DNA of 64,000 nt from Lama guanicoe. Taxonomy: Eukaryota. Positions 24,491-37,539 of the stretch are shown one piece after another. The position numbers and the translations under genes were made by a program. Below the pieces are notes generated by a model, which was given only the letters and a program-made list of their open reading frames with translations, was not told the DNA's origin and ran no database searches. The first letter of the stretch is position 1. The number at the start of each line of letters is the position of its first letter. Location of the stretch: NCBI GenBank assembly GCA_013239625.1, contig MU055008.1, positions 7,338,277 to 7,402,276 of the forward strand, read 5' to 3'.

Positions 24491-27400
24491 GCTGAAAAGT
24501 TGGTTGTTTTGCCAGTCCTTTTCTGTGCATTCTGTCCAGACACCTCCTTTAGCAATAGATTCAGGGCCTCTCCCTTCCTCCTTTATTGGGATGGGGGGAT
24601 AGGGGCAGGGGTCCCTTATTAGGCAAACAATTGTGGCGCATCCCCTCTCCGTGGGGTAGAGAGAACACGGACAGATTATTATGCTGTCTCAAGAGGAGTT
24701 GGTGGAGGCCTAAATACCGCCTGTGGGAGTGGCTGTCACCCTTGGGGAGACCAGAGCTCCTAAGAGGGTTGACACCTTAGGGGACGACACGATGGGGCAG
24801 ACCACACAGATGGAACACAGTTACAGTTGGAAACCTGGGGAGCAAATAGGACCCGAGGGAAGGCAGCCTCAGGCTTTTGGCCCATGGAGCCCGATATTTC
24901 CCGGGCGCCTTGACGCTCTGTCTGGGAGGCCTCATGAAGATTGTCCCCAAGCTTCTCTCCAAGTGGCCTGTGATCACAGCAAGGACCAGTGGGGGGCGCT
25001 CCCGGAGGCTGACCCCTACCCTCCAGTCAGTCCCTCTTAGCCTCCTTTTTTGTGCTCCCGCCACTGGCTCACACCCCAAGCACATGCTGCCTTTCAGAAT
25101 GGAGACAGGCTTAGCCCAAGCTTCCTGCAGCATCGTGTTTGGCAGAGAGGTCATCTAAAGTTCTACCTGTGGTGCAGGTGTTCCTGGGACAGAAGGAGCA
25201 ATGCCCAGGGAGTCCTATAGTGCCTGTGTTGTACTCGGTGTCTCAGCTTCGTTGCCTGTAAAGTGGGGATGCTAATATCTCCATGCAGAGCTATTAGAGA
25301 ACTGAGTTAATTCAGGTAAAATCTGGTGCTCAGTAAGCATCAGTTACCACTTGGACCGCAGTCTCTTCTTCTAGGAAAAATGCAAGGGTTGGTGGGGCAG
25401 CATAGGTGGTCCCAGCCAGCTCAGCTCTCTGTGAGTCAGTAGCAGGAGAGCCACCCTCCTCCCCTCACAGAGCTGACTGCTCTCAGCAAAGAGCAAATGG
25501 CTCTTCACATCACCACAGATTTTCCTGAAAAGATTTTTTATATCCATTAGCTGGATGCTATAACTAGAATATCTTTTGTTTTTCTAGAAAAACATATTTT
25601 TAGCACTATATGCTGGCATGTTTTATTCTTTTATCCTTGCTTTAAAAAAATCTTTCAAACTGCTTGCCTTCCATGGAAGAATAGATAGTACATCATTTCT
25701 GGAAGGACCTCGTAAATGATTTAATATCTTAGCTTAAAGCAAATTTACTGTAAGATAGTTGCAAAGCTAATATTGACTTAAGAAAAAAAAATTTTTTTTG
25801 CCCAACTCTGCCCAGCTGCAGAGAGGGATCTCAAGCGAGAATCTGGACTTTCAGCTCAAGTGTTACACGGAAGCGCATTCATGGCTGGGCAAGCGCGAAG
25901 CAGCTGTCAGGAGGCGGTTCCCCTGTGGAGGTGGATGGGGGAGGTTGGCGGAGCTGGGTGGGAGGCTTTGAGGGTCTCTGAGCTTGGAGTGTGCAGAGAC
26001 TGAGCTGGGCAGGGCAGGGCAGAGACCAGCGAGCTGGATGAAGGGCCCCTCCTGGGAGCGGTCAGGCTCGGGGGAGCAGAACGGGAGAGACTTGCCTGCC
26101 TGCCTTCCCTTCCTTCTGTGCCTCTTAATCTCCTCCTGCCCCCCCCCACTTCTTCAGAGGGGATACAGCAGGCAGGGGAGCCAACCCACAAAGCATGCTG
26201 GGAAGAACTCCCTCCCCCCACCCCAGACATGGAATCAAATGAGATAATAATGCATTGAAAGCATTTCCTTGTTTTGCAGATCACGTCACAAGTGCTTCTT
26301 CACTTCAGATCCAACTCTCATCACCTCCACTTTGAGGAGGAAAGAGGGACACAAGGGGAGCTAGTGACTTGGCCCCCATCAGGGTGCCCAGTGTCTGGGA
26401 GAGGACGCTGGCTTGGGCCTCCTGCTTCCGGTCCACGCCTCTTCTGGCCTTGGCTACACCGTGCATCACCTTTAAGAACCCCTCGAGCAGGTACTGTTAT
26501 GCCCACACCCTGTGCTTGGGAGCCCAGAGTGGGTGAGTAACCTGCTCGTGGTCACCTGGGTGGTAGGAGCCCAAGAGCCCGCCCTCCCCAGCTCTGCCGC
26601 ACTCACCTCGCTCCTCTGAGAGTCCACTACTCCCCGTCCACACTGAGTGTCTTGTTTTATTTACTGCTTACAACGTCCCATTTTTCCAAGGCCAGATGAC
26701 TAGTCCCAGGTCAGCCATCATACTCTTGGAGTTGATCAAAAAGGCAGGACACATCCAGGATCTTCCAGCACCCACCCAGGGCACCTCTCCCACACACAGG
26801 GCCTTGTGACACACTCAGCTTGGTCTGTGTTACAATGACAATAGCTGTGGGGGCCTCCCCGCCTCCCACATGGGGCCTCAGACGGCTCAGGTTCAGGAAT
26901 CTCGGGGAGTCCTGGAAGCAGCTGGAGAGCTGGCATCAGCCTCTCCGGGAAGGTCCAGATGGGCCTGGAGTGGGGGCCAGAGGCCTCTGCAAACCTTGGC
27001 TAATGCTGCGGAATCTCCAGCGCCTTCCATGTGAAAGAGGGAAGAGGGGTTAATGGGTTTCTTCCCACAGAGGGGACCACCTGTGAAAACGGGGGAGCAG
27101 GGAGTCTAACCATTGTGAAGCTGCTGAGGGACCCTGAAGACGGACTGGTTTGTTCCTCTCAGGAAAAGACAGAGTGGCCCCTTAGAAGCACCAATTTTAT
27201 CCCAGGGTCCCAGCCACTCCCTGGGGGCAGCTTTACCTGTCCTGGCGTCCTCTGCCCTAGTGACTTCAAGCCCACATCCAGGGCCTACACAGGCCTCTTC
27301 CCAGCAGACACCCTTTTGGGGCACACACCCCAGTCCCGAGGGGTGGCCGAGGGCTCTGTGTGTGTGTGCGTGCGTGTGTGTGCAGGCTGGGACCCACACA

Positions 27401-28129
27401 CAGCACAGAGGGTGCTTGTACATAAGCACAAACAGTGGATGCCCAGGACGGGGGGAGAAGAGCGGAGAGTGGGCCTCTGTTCGCACTCTTGTCCCAGCCC
27501 CGCAGACACAGAGAACGGGCCCGGGCCCGGGTGTCCCCCCAGGCCTCCTGACTGCCCTTTAAAAAAATTTATAAAAAGTGAAGCAAACAAAATAATACCC
27601 TGCATTATTTCAATAATATTACATAAACTTTGTAACGCATTTATGAAAAACACAGAGAAGAAAAAAGAGGAAAGAAAATGCACCTCAGTTCCATCCCTAG
27701 AGACAATCTCTGTTAACATTTTGACATATTTCCCCAAAACTGAGCCACCGAGGCCTCCACCTACTGGGAAGCCAGCGGGCCTGCTGTGCGTGGGGTCAAG
27801 GTAAGGGCACGAGCCCTGGGCTAACACTGCTCCGCTCCCGTCCAGCTGTGCTGCCGCCGGCAAGCTCCTGAACTTCTCTGTGCCTGACTTTCGAAGCCCA
27901 CAGGAGAGCGTGTGCTTCCTAGGCCTCTGTGTAGAAAAGAGCTTGGAGGTCAAGCAGTTTCAGCCTCTGTTGACTGGTCGCCTCTCTGACACTCATGCTG
28001 GTGACTGTTCATTCTGAGTTTGAATATCTCTTGCGTAAGACTGTGGTAAGGAGATGTGTGAAATGCTTGGAAGAGTTCCATGCACAGAGCAAGCGCTCAA
28101 TACATGTTGGCTATTGGGATTAAGAAGGC

Positions 28130-28310
28130 CAGCGGTAAAGGTGCTTCATTTGTTCGTGACCCAAAGGAAAGAAATGGGATCAGTTGGGTGGAGCTACTGG
28201 GAAAGATTTCGGCTCTATTAAGGAGTGGCCCACAGAGGGGAAGGTAGTAGTAAGTTCCACTTGCTAGAGGCATTCAGACTCAGAATGGGGAGAGCACCAC
28301 GTCAGGACGA
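28130..28310 (+). mobile_element. L3/CR1 3' fragment
   Basis: GGGTGGAGCTACTGGGAAAGATTTCGGCTC..GTAGTAAGTTCC..CTAGAGGCATTCA. Confidence 0.55.
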
Positions 28311-29569
28311 AGGCAGAGAGGGAGCAGATACGTCTCTAAGGAACACAGAAGAGTGCCAGGAAAACATGAGAAGCCAGGGGAGCGGCCTGGAACAGCTTCT
28401 CCCTAACAGCGCTTGGGAGGCAGCAACCCAGCCGACATTGTCCAGCCTCCAGACCTGTGGAAGGGACACGGGTGTCGTCTCGGCCCCCAGCGTGGGGTGC
28501 TCTGTCAGGGCAGCCCGAGCAGAGGGAAGCACCAACCCAGGGCTGCTTTCCCAGCTGCACGGGGACAGCCACGCGCATCACCTCCTCTGCGAGTGGCAGC
28601 CCATCTTACCTCCCTGTTCTTCGAATGCATGCAGGGGGTCCAGCAGCCGAAGGGTTGCTGGTTGGAGGCAAAGCCATTCTCTAAAGGATCAGCCGTGGGG
28701 CAGCCGCCTCCTCTGAGCCCCTCCTGCGAGAGCAGCCTCCCGGGTGCAGAAGGCTGCCGCTCTGCTGAAGTTTTGAATGATCATGCAGGGAGAGGGCGGC
28801 CATCCCCCTGCCAGCAGTCAGAGCCCCTCAGCTCAGATTAAAGCCTCCACGGGGCCACAGGACAAAGGGAGGAAAGAGAGAAAGAGGCGCCCGGGCAGCC
28901 AGAAAGCCTGCTCCGCCACCTCCTATTGACCTGCTTTTAGAACGGGCTCCTTTTATCCTGACAACGGTTCAATTCAAGCCACCGGGGCTCTGCCCTTGGC
29001 CTAAGTTCACACCAGCTGTGTGTAGGCTGAATGCACCTTTAAAAACCAGAACCCACAGATCTCAGCATCCTGGTGCCGATCCCTCCGGGAGGACCTAGGC
29101 TGAAAGGCCAGGAACCTGGGCATCCACCGTCCCCTCTCAGCTCCCGAGACTCTGTAACAGCAACTCGCATCTGCCCAGCGCACAGTGCCCATCAGGCACT
29201 ACGACGTGCACTTCGTGTGTGCTGCGTCTTTCATCCTCTACCTGTTCGGGGTATGTGTGTGGTGGTGGTGGCGGTGGTGGGAGGGTCGTTCATTAGCCCA
29301 TCTCTCACACAAGGAAAGTGAGGCCCGAGGGACTAAGGAACTTGCCCAAAAGCTAGCGAATGGTGGAGCCCAGCTCTGTGCTCGTAACCACCACACTAAA
29401 CAGGGTCTGCCTTGGCTACGTCCTCCCCACAGGGAGACAGCAGGCAGGCCAGGAGGGCTGGGAGAGGCCCCTGAGTCGTGAGGGGCAAGGTGGAGGTCCC
29501 TCCAGAGCCTGCTGGCCCTGCAGAATGTAAAACCACGTTCTGCAGAGCTGAACAGGGCCTTGACATTCA

Positions 29570-29712
29570 TACAGTCCCCATTTTTTTTCTCAAAGAGGCT
29601 GAGATCCAGTGAGGTGAAGTGACTGGCCCCAAATCCCAGAACAAATTAGTGGCAGAACCAGGCCACGAGCAGATGTCCTGGTTTCCAATCCAGCAATCTT
29701 TGTTAAATACCA
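29570..29712 (-). mobile_element. MIR SINE (one of several at 25.2-31 kb)
   Basis: CCCCATTTT..GGCTGAGATCCAGTGAGGTGAAGTGACTGGCCCCAA..TTAGTGGCAGAACCAGG. Confidence 0.8.
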
Positions 29713-30149
29713 TGTTCCATCGTAACAAGAGGGAGTGATTTTCTTCCACAGCTTGAGAGGTTCATAAAGGATGCTGTGAAACGCTTTCAGATGGCTGAGG
29801 CTGTGATGTATTTGCTCAGGTTTGCCATGGCAGAGCTTTTGTCGAGTTTGAAAAATGGGGTAGATACCGTGACTCCCAGCTGGGACAAGTACCCAAACTG
29901 CTGCAGGCAGACTTCCCCGAGGGAGAGCAAATGCAGGCTGGAATCTCCTGGGACCATATTTTAGGTGTGAAGTTGAGTGAACTAACCTTTTGCTAAAAGT
30001 CCATCAGTCCTATGTTTACTGTACAGATCACTGATTGTGTTAGCTGAAGATAAGGGACTCGTTTTAGCCCAGTATTCAGAGACAGTTAAGAGAGGGAGAG
30101 AGGAAGAGAGAGATCAACTGTTGGTGGTTCTTGAGGCATGTCTACAAAA

Positions 30150-30600
30150 CTTTTCCATCCATTCAACCACTTACCCATCTGTTCATCTCTCCATCCATCC
30201 ATCTGTCTATCCATTCTTCCATCCATCTTTTTATCTATCCATCCATCTGTCCATCCAACCACTCATCCATTCACCCATCCATTTATTCACTGTTCCTTAC
30301 TCTGTGCAAAGTATTCTGCTAGACCTTAGGATTTACGAAAGAATAAGACCTAGTTCCTGCCCTTAGAGGAGCTTGGATTCTAGTGGTGGGGTCATGTTGT
30401 AAACCTAGAACTACAAACTCCATGTGTTCAATGAGAGAAATAGCCAAAAATCTGATGCAGCTGGAGAGGGCATCTTGGAGGGAGTGACATTTAGTTAAGC
30501 AGGGATTTGTTAAGCAGAAAATGGGGGAGAAGGAGGGCATTCCAGATAGAGAAGCAAAGATGAGCAACAGCACTGGGGTAGTTTGGGCAGGTAATGATCA
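30150..30600 (-). mobile_element. L2 3' end with expanded (CCAT)n/(TCAT)n tail
   Basis: Degenerate CCAT array 30150-30290 followed by antisense L2 (CCTGCCCTTAGAGGAGCTT..GAGGGCATTCCAGATAGAG). Confidence 0.75.
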
Positions 30601-32329
30601 TAATCCTTGGGTTAATCTGGAGTCCAAATCATGTTTGCAAAGTGTGTTCCTAACTTTAGTCACAATCAATTCTCCAGCAACCTTATGAGGTAGGGAGGGT
30701 GATGCCAGGAAAGGAAATGTGGCGTTTGCTCAGAGGCACAAATGACACCAAACAGTTCACGTCTTTTGAGCCCTCACTCTGTGGCGGATAGAGCCATCCT
30801 TGCAGGCACCATTCCTACTTTCTGGATGAGAAAACGGAGACTTAGAGAGTTAATGAACTCACCCAGGGTCACACACCAGCAGGTGGCAAAGATCAGCACC
30901 AGTCTTCGAGCCCAGCCCAGAATAGATACACCCCAGTTCTCTTCGGTTGATTGGAGAGGACGAGCTTGGATGATGAAGTTGGCAGCGGTCCCAACACTGG
31001 AGTTTAAACCTTGAGTTTCAGCTTCCTCTTTGACTAAAGATTTCCTATAAGTCGCTCTCAGATGAGTAGACAGGCTGTCCCGAGGAGATGCCATGAGCAA
31101 CGCAACAGGCAAAGCAACCCCCGGCCCAGGAGAGATGTCGCAGCTGCCGAGCGCACCTACTCCCGTAACAGCCTCACGTTCTTTGTTTCCCCGCACTCGC
31201 TCCCATTCCCTTCTCTCTCCAGATGGATTTTATAAACAAGATAAAATCGAGACTTAAAAGCCAAACAGACTCCACGAGGTCTCTTTCACTGGCCAGGGCA
31301 GCCCAGCACTGTTTTTCCAGATGTTTTGGGGCCCATGTCTAGGAGGGGCCAGAGGTGAGGAGGGCGGGGAGGAAGCTAGGGCTGGAGGAGCAAGGGGGGG
31401 CTCAGCACCAGGTGAGGGCAGGGAGATCTGCATCCCCTGAACCAGCACGGTGCCTCCTTATCTTCATGTTTTATGATCAGAGCCGCCCCCACTCTCCTCC
31501 TCCCTCTGCCCCAGTAACCCACCCAGCATCCTGACCGCTCTCTTCCCAGTAAGGGGAGGCGGTAGGTCAGCCCCATGCATTACCCTCAAATGCAGGCCCA
31601 CAACGTTCCCATCATCTGCTGAGAACACGTACCCCGAGGCTGGGCAGGGATGGGCCAGCCCCTGGGCTGCAGAAGGGACCAAGCTACCCTGTGTGCACTG
31701 GAGGAGGCTGGGCAAAGGAAGGAAGGCCCAGGCGGCAGTGGTTGTGGGGCCAGGGCCTGCTGTGTGTCCCAGTTTCCTTTCTCTCTTACTAAGTGAGGTT
31801 TGCAGTGTAAAATAGGCTGCAGGTCAGTATCAAACTGTGAAACCACCAGGGCATTAAGACCAAAACCTTCATATTTTACTGTTTAAACTTGGTGGGGGAA
31901 AAAGCCAAAACTGCCATTGGACTGGCAATTGAAGCAAGTTCACTATATGTCGGTATCACGACTGCAGGGCAAGAGAAATGCTGTGACAGGCAACTATAAA
32001 AATAGTTTAAAAAAAAAAAAAGGCGAAGAAGAAGAACCAGTGAAAGACCAGGCTGGGATGTGAACGCAAGGCAGTCTGGTCTTAGCGTCTGTAACCTTAT
32101 CCGCTGCACCATGGGAGCCACGAGACGTGCCTTCCCTAACATTAAGCATTCGGACTTCAACAGGCAAAGCTAGGCAGAGCACTAATCTTGTCAAGAGACC
32201 CAGAGGATAAAAACAACTGGACCCTCTGCTTCCAGCTTTGGAACCTGAGGGACGGATGGGGTGGGAAGTCCTGGGAGTGGAGAATGGACTTCAGTCTGGC
32301 CTAGGGGCTGGGGAGGCCATCCTGTAAGC

Positions 32330-32500
32330 TCTGTTTCTCAAAGGGTCACCTGCTGAAGAGTCAATCTGAGGAGTTGTTGAAATGCAGGGTTCTGTGCCCA
32401 GACCCACAGATTCAGAACTTGGGGAGGTGGGACTCTGGGGATCTGCATTTTTAACAAACTCTCCCTACCCGCCACCTCCCGCACTGGCCTCAGTGAGGCT
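32330..32500. mobile_element. MER5A-like hAT MITE
   Basis: TTGTTGAAATGCAG..ATCTGCATTTTTAACAA. Confidence 0.75.
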
Positions 32501-32698
32501 GCTGCCCAGGAAAGCTGGAGGAGCAGCACGTTGACTGCCCACCTCCCAGTTCACCATCCGGACTTCACGTCTCTCCTCGCAGAGGCCAGGCGCTCTGAGC
32601 GTGGGGTGTGGATAAGCAGGTAGCATCTGACAACACACAGACCTTTCACTTATTAGGGAGCAACTGTATTCACACGGATCACTAGGTTCTTTGGGATG

Positions 32699-33191
32699 TG
32701 TATCAATCAGGGTTCTCCAGATTCTCTAGAGAAATAGAACCAATGGGAAATACACGCAGATGAATGGATGGATAATAGATGATAGATGGATGGATCAGTA
32801 GATCACTAAATCTATCCACCTGTCATCTACAGGGTTTATTTTTAAAGATAGGCTCATGTAGTCATCGGGGCTGTTAAGTCCAAAATTTGTAGTTCAGGCC
32901 GGGAGCCTGAATATTCAGACAGGAAATGATGCTACAGAATTTATTCTTCTCCCAGAGGCATCAGTTCTTTCCTTCTAAGGCTTTTCAACTCATTGCATGA
33001 GGCTCATTCCCTTTACTGAGGGTAATCTCCTTTACTTAAAAGTCAATTTATGTAGAAGCAGTTACATAAGTGGTTACATAAGTTGTAACCACTTCTACAA
33101 AATACCTTCCCAGAAACACCTAGATTAGTGTTTGATTAAACACTTGGGCACTATCGTCTCGCCAAGTTGACATATAAAACTAACCATCACC
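32699..33191 (-). mobile_element. MLT2 (MLT2D-like) ERVL LTR
   Basis: TGTATCAATCAGGGTTCTCCAG..GAGGGTAATCTCCTTTACTTAAAAGTCAA..GCCAAGTTGACATATAAAACTAACCATCAC. Confidence 0.88.
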
Positions 33192-33899
33192 AGATATTTC
33201 TTAATTAACTTACATTTACCCAAGGTAGAATTGGAAGAAAAGAACATATATTAAACAACACATAGTAATATAACTCTACAATTTATGGCAAAAGCTGACT
33301 TCAAAGAAAAAAACACCCCACATCTACTGCCAGATAGAATCTTTTTAAGCTACCCAGAGGCAGAGGGTCACTTCAGTACCAAGAATCTCAGGTTCAGCAA
33401 GCAATGGCCTTGCATAATCCCAAGGGATTCTGTCTCATCCTGCCTCCTGGCAGACATGAGCTCTGGTCTCAGAATGAGCACTTTAATTAAGATGAATGTT
33501 TATAAGCAACGAAGAAAAGTAAAATTGTGCCTTAATTTCTTTGCCTCCAACCAAATAATTTTCCTAGGTACTCTTTCTTTCTTACCAAGAAACTTAAAAG
33601 AGACAGTGAGAAGGGCTGGAGCAGGGGGACAAGGTTGACGGAGAATAATATGTTTGCCTAGGTTGAGGTTCTCAACTCAGGGCCCGTGGGTTTCCTGCGA
33701 ATCTCTGCTGGTACATATAAAATGTGCACATGTGTTTGTGCGTGCCTTTTGGATGTGGAGAGAAGCCATCCTTTCATCAGATTCTCAAAAGGGTGACTCC
33801 CAGATAGATTCATAACCTTCCCACAGCATTTGGGAAGATAATTCCACCTAGTTTAGAGGACAGTGAGGTGGCTGATCAACCAAGAACCACATAATGTGA

Positions 33900-34305
33900 T
33901 TTTTAAAAATATACTTGAATTTTTAGAGCAGTTTTAGGCTTACGGCCAAACTGAATAGAAGGTACAGAGATTTCCTGCGTGCGCCCCACCCCCATGAATA
34001 TATAGCCCCCTCAGCTATCAGCATCCCCCACCACTATGGCACATCTCTTCTAATCGATGAACCGACATTGACAAACGATTATCACTCAAAGTCCATAGTT
34101 CACATTAGGATTTGTGCTTGGTACTGTACATGCTGTTTGGATAAATGTATGACAGGTGTTCATCATCAGAGCATCACACAGAGTGGTTCCACTGCTCTAA
34201 AACTCCCGTGCTCTGTCTTTTCATCCCTCCCTCCACTCTAACCCCCAGTAACCACTGATCTCTTTACTGTCTCCATAGTTTTGCCTCTTCCAGCACGTCA
34301 CACAG
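33900..34305 (-). mobile_element. L1MC1-like 3' end (runs into N gap 34306-34553)
   Basis: TTTTAGAGCAGTTTTAGG..AGAAGGTACAGAGATTTCC..AACCACTGATCTCTTTACTGTCTCCATAGTTTTGCC. Confidence 0.9.
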
Positions 34306-34729
34306 NNNNNNNNNNNNNNNNNNNNNNNNNNNNNNNNNNNNNNNNNNNNNNNNNNNNNNNNNNNNNNNNNNNNNNNNNNNNNNNNNNNNNNNNNNNNNNN
34401 NNNNNNNNNNNNNNNNNNNNNNNNNNNNNNNNNNNNNNNNNNNNNNNNNNNNNNNNNNNNNNNNNNNNNNNNNNNNNNNNNNNNNNNNNNNNNNNNNNNN
34501 NNNNNNNNNNNNNNNNNNNNNNNNNNNNNNNNNNNNNNNNNNNNNNNNNNNNNCCTAAGCTGTCAACTTCTTTGGTTAAAAGGAACACTGTTGCTGGATT
34601 AATATGAATTTTATAGATCCATGAGGTTTTCTTGATGGACTTGAACACTGATCAAACCAGTAGATGGAAAAGCTATTCCTGAGAGTGGAAGGGCTTTTCT
34701 GTCTGAGATAGCAGGCTCGCAAACCGGCA

Positions 34730-34950
34730 GGACGGAGGGCTCTGGAGCTGTGCAGTCCGGGTTCAGGTACCAGCTCTACCACTCACGAGCTGTGTGGCCA
34801 GGGCACATTACTCGCCTTCTCTGTGCCAGTTTCCTCATGTGTAAAACGGGTCTGGCAACAGCAGCACCTACCTCATGGTTCTGGGAGGTCTAAGTGAATT
34901 AACACATGTAAAGTGCGTAGAGCCGCTTTTGGCACAGAGTATGTGTTAGA
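34730..34950 (+). mobile_element. MIR SINE
   Basis: CAGCTCTACCACTCACGAGCTGTGTGGCC..CTCTGTGCCAGTTTCCTCATGTGTAAAACGGG. Confidence 0.85.
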
Positions 34951-35532
34951 TTTGATCAAGCTGGGAGCATCCAGGGTCGGCCCAGGAATTGGCCTTTTTA
35001 ATAAGCTCTCCTGGAGATTCTATTTGCAGGTTCAGTTATCCACAGTGCTGTGAACACAGGACTAACCTGCATGTGCCTGTTCACAGCAAATCACCACTCA
35101 CAATGCACGGGAATACCTGTGAGCCTCTGAGCCCTAATGCCTGTGCAGCTGGCAAACCAGCTGGGCACCGCCCTGGCTCAGAGCAGCCCTCTCAGCCAGG
35201 AAGGTACGAGAGGCACCTGTTACAGCTGCAGACGCCACTTCCACACCCGGGGCTGCGGCGATGGCAGGATGGCAGCTCATGTTTCCTGGCAGCACGGAGG
35301 GAACCACAATGATGGGCAAAGCATCCCGACACAGCCAGTGGTTCCCTCCAGCCCTGCCCCATGCCACACGAGCACCCCCTACACCGCAGCACCCGCTTCT
35401 CACTTGCTTAAGGATCCCTTCCCCAGGTGCCTTCTCCCACCCTCTGCTCTCCAGCTCCTCTCTCTGGTCCTGGTTTCTCTCTCTTGGGCTTTCCACCGTG
35501 GTCGCCCTTCCCTGCCAAAGTTAGAGAGGACC

Positions 35533-36019
35533 TGCAACAGAGGGGGACAAGTCTGACTCCATATTGGATCTCTTTCTTTTACTTTGACCTTTGTATTCTA
35601 TTGCTTTTGTTACAAGTTAATCATTAAAGGGATTTTGCCTCTGAGCTTAAATTATACATAAGGGCCCATCCTGGGAACCCTGCCTCCTAGGTAACAAGCA
35701 TTAAGCTAAAATACCTTAGTTAGCTCCTAGGAAACAGCCTGACCAGGCCCACTTGTGAATGACCGAAGGACGGAAGACATTAACACATCCCCTCCCGAGG
35801 CTGACCCGAGCCAGGATATATTTGACTTTACTCCTTCGCCTTATAGTATAAAAGAAGCCTGAATTCTAACTCAGGCAAGATGGCTCTTTGGGACACTAGC
35901 CCATCATTTCTCAATCTGCTGGCTCTCTGAATAAAGTCTCTATTCCTTTCCCCAACAACTCATCTCTCGATTTATTGGCTTGTCGTGTGGTGAGCAGTAC
36001 AATCTTGGATTTGGTAACA
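35533..36019 (+). mobile_element. Young ERV1-type solo LTR with 4-bp TSD GACC
   Basis: TG..CA termini; GACC at 35529-35532 and 36020-36023; TATAAAA near 35848; AATAAA near 35930. Confidence 0.92.
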
Positions 36020-36082
36020 GACCAAGGGGACATTTCGGCTCCGAATTGTCCTAGAGGCTGATGGAGACAGATGACCTGGCCT

Positions 36083-37013
36083 CCTGGCCTCCAGGAGACA
36101 GATGACCAGACAGACAAATTTCTGAAAAATCCCTGGAGGCCTGCAGGCAGGGGATGCTTCCAGACAAATCAGCCAGACCCAGGCCCAGTCACGAAGGTGA
36201 TGTACAGAATTGCTGGAAGCAGAGGGCTAGGTCCAAAGGAAGCAGCACCTCAGTCCCTGGGCCAGCAAGAGCAGAGCCCCACGTCTGGGAAGCCTCTGAA
36301 CCAGGTGGTCACATGGTGGAAAAGGTGGAGAACTGGGCCCAAGGTGGAGCCCAACCTGAAGGCCAGGGGTGAGTAGAAAGAGGAGGGAGGCCTGTGTTGG
36401 AAGTGGATTAACTCAAAGGTGAAGGAAAGAGGTCATTGTCCATCTGCAGGGACAGCTCTCAGCTTAGCATTGCTCATGAAGACAGGGCCTGCATCCAAAC
36501 ATGGACACCATCCACACGTGGACATCCACATGTGACTCCAACTGTGAAGGGGAGGTGCCAGGGCCCCATCAGGACACAGCCTGGGACGGCCGTACAAGAA
36601 GACACAAACGCCTGCGCTAACAGCTACCACTACTAGAGTTCGGCCAGGCATGCTTCCGACACGTGACAATAGTCCCGTAAACTGAGCCTTAGTGTTACAG
36701 GTCCGGGGTGGAGACCGTGGAGCCAAGAAGCCTGGTTCAGACCCCAGCTCTGCCACTGACTAGCCCTGTGGCTTTAAACTCGTTCTTCCATTTCTCTGGT
36801 CTCAGTTTTCCAGTCTGCAAAATGGGTGTGACAAAGGTGGCAAGTGTCCTGGTTGACATCCCACATTGTCCACATGATAAAAATAAATATTTAGACAAAT
36901 AAAATGGCAGAGTGGCAGCCAGTGAGGGGAACACAACTAACCACTGGTGTGGCCAAGGGCCTGGCCTCCAGGAGACAGATGACCAGACAGACGAATTTCT
37001 GAAAAATCCCTGG
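36083..37013 (+). repeat. Dispersed 54-bp direct repeat (36083-36136 and 36960-37013)
   Basis: CCTGGCCTCCAGGAGACAGATGACCAGACAGAC(A/G)AATTTCTGAAAAATCCCTGG, 53/54 identical. Confidence 0.95.
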
Positions 37014-37539
37014 GTAATGGGACACATGTATACACATATGGAAGAGGGGCCTGGAGGGGGGTCTTCACCTGGATAGTTAGTATAATGTTTCAGCAAAGCT
37101 TGTGGGTGCACATGTGAATGTCTGAGGGGAGACGCTGTCCCCTAGACTCAGGCTGAGAATTTAGCATCAGCCAAACTGGTATCAGAGGCCTCCGAGGTGG
37201 GGCCAGGGCCAGAGATGGCCTCGGTCAACCAGCTGTTGGTCCTTGCTGAGGACTGCAGTTCTGGGCACGGGGTCTTCAGTACACGACGTACAAATGGTCA
37301 CTGGCTGCTGGGAGCAAAGCCCCCGCAGGACTTACAGGGCAGCTTCCGAGGGTGGCTCAGAGGCTCTCCGTGTCTTTCCCTCCCTTCCTCCCTCCTTCCC
37401 CATCCCGCTCCCCTACCCTCAAGACTGCAGGGTGGGAGAAAGTCATGCATTGAATGTTTGGAAAGGATTAGTCCATAAAGCCAGATCAGATGGTTAGCTT
37501 TGGGGAGGCGGATGGAGGATGAAGTTAGAGCCTTCACTT

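Noticed and set aside
27031-27953. Longest ORFs (257 aa on +, 222 aa on -)
   Set aside because: They overlap on both strands, run through a (GT)n tract and L1/MIR remnants, and contain no domain I recognise; expected by chance in GC-rich DNA
30150-30290. CCAT array and H/P/S/I-rich ORFs as a coding repeat or CRISPR-like array
   Set aside because: Degenerate tetranucleotide expansion of an L2 tail with no repeat-spacer structure; the DNA is mammalian
33061-33083. Tandem GTTACATAAGT duplication
   Set aside because: Small slippage event inside an MLT2 LTR with no sign of function
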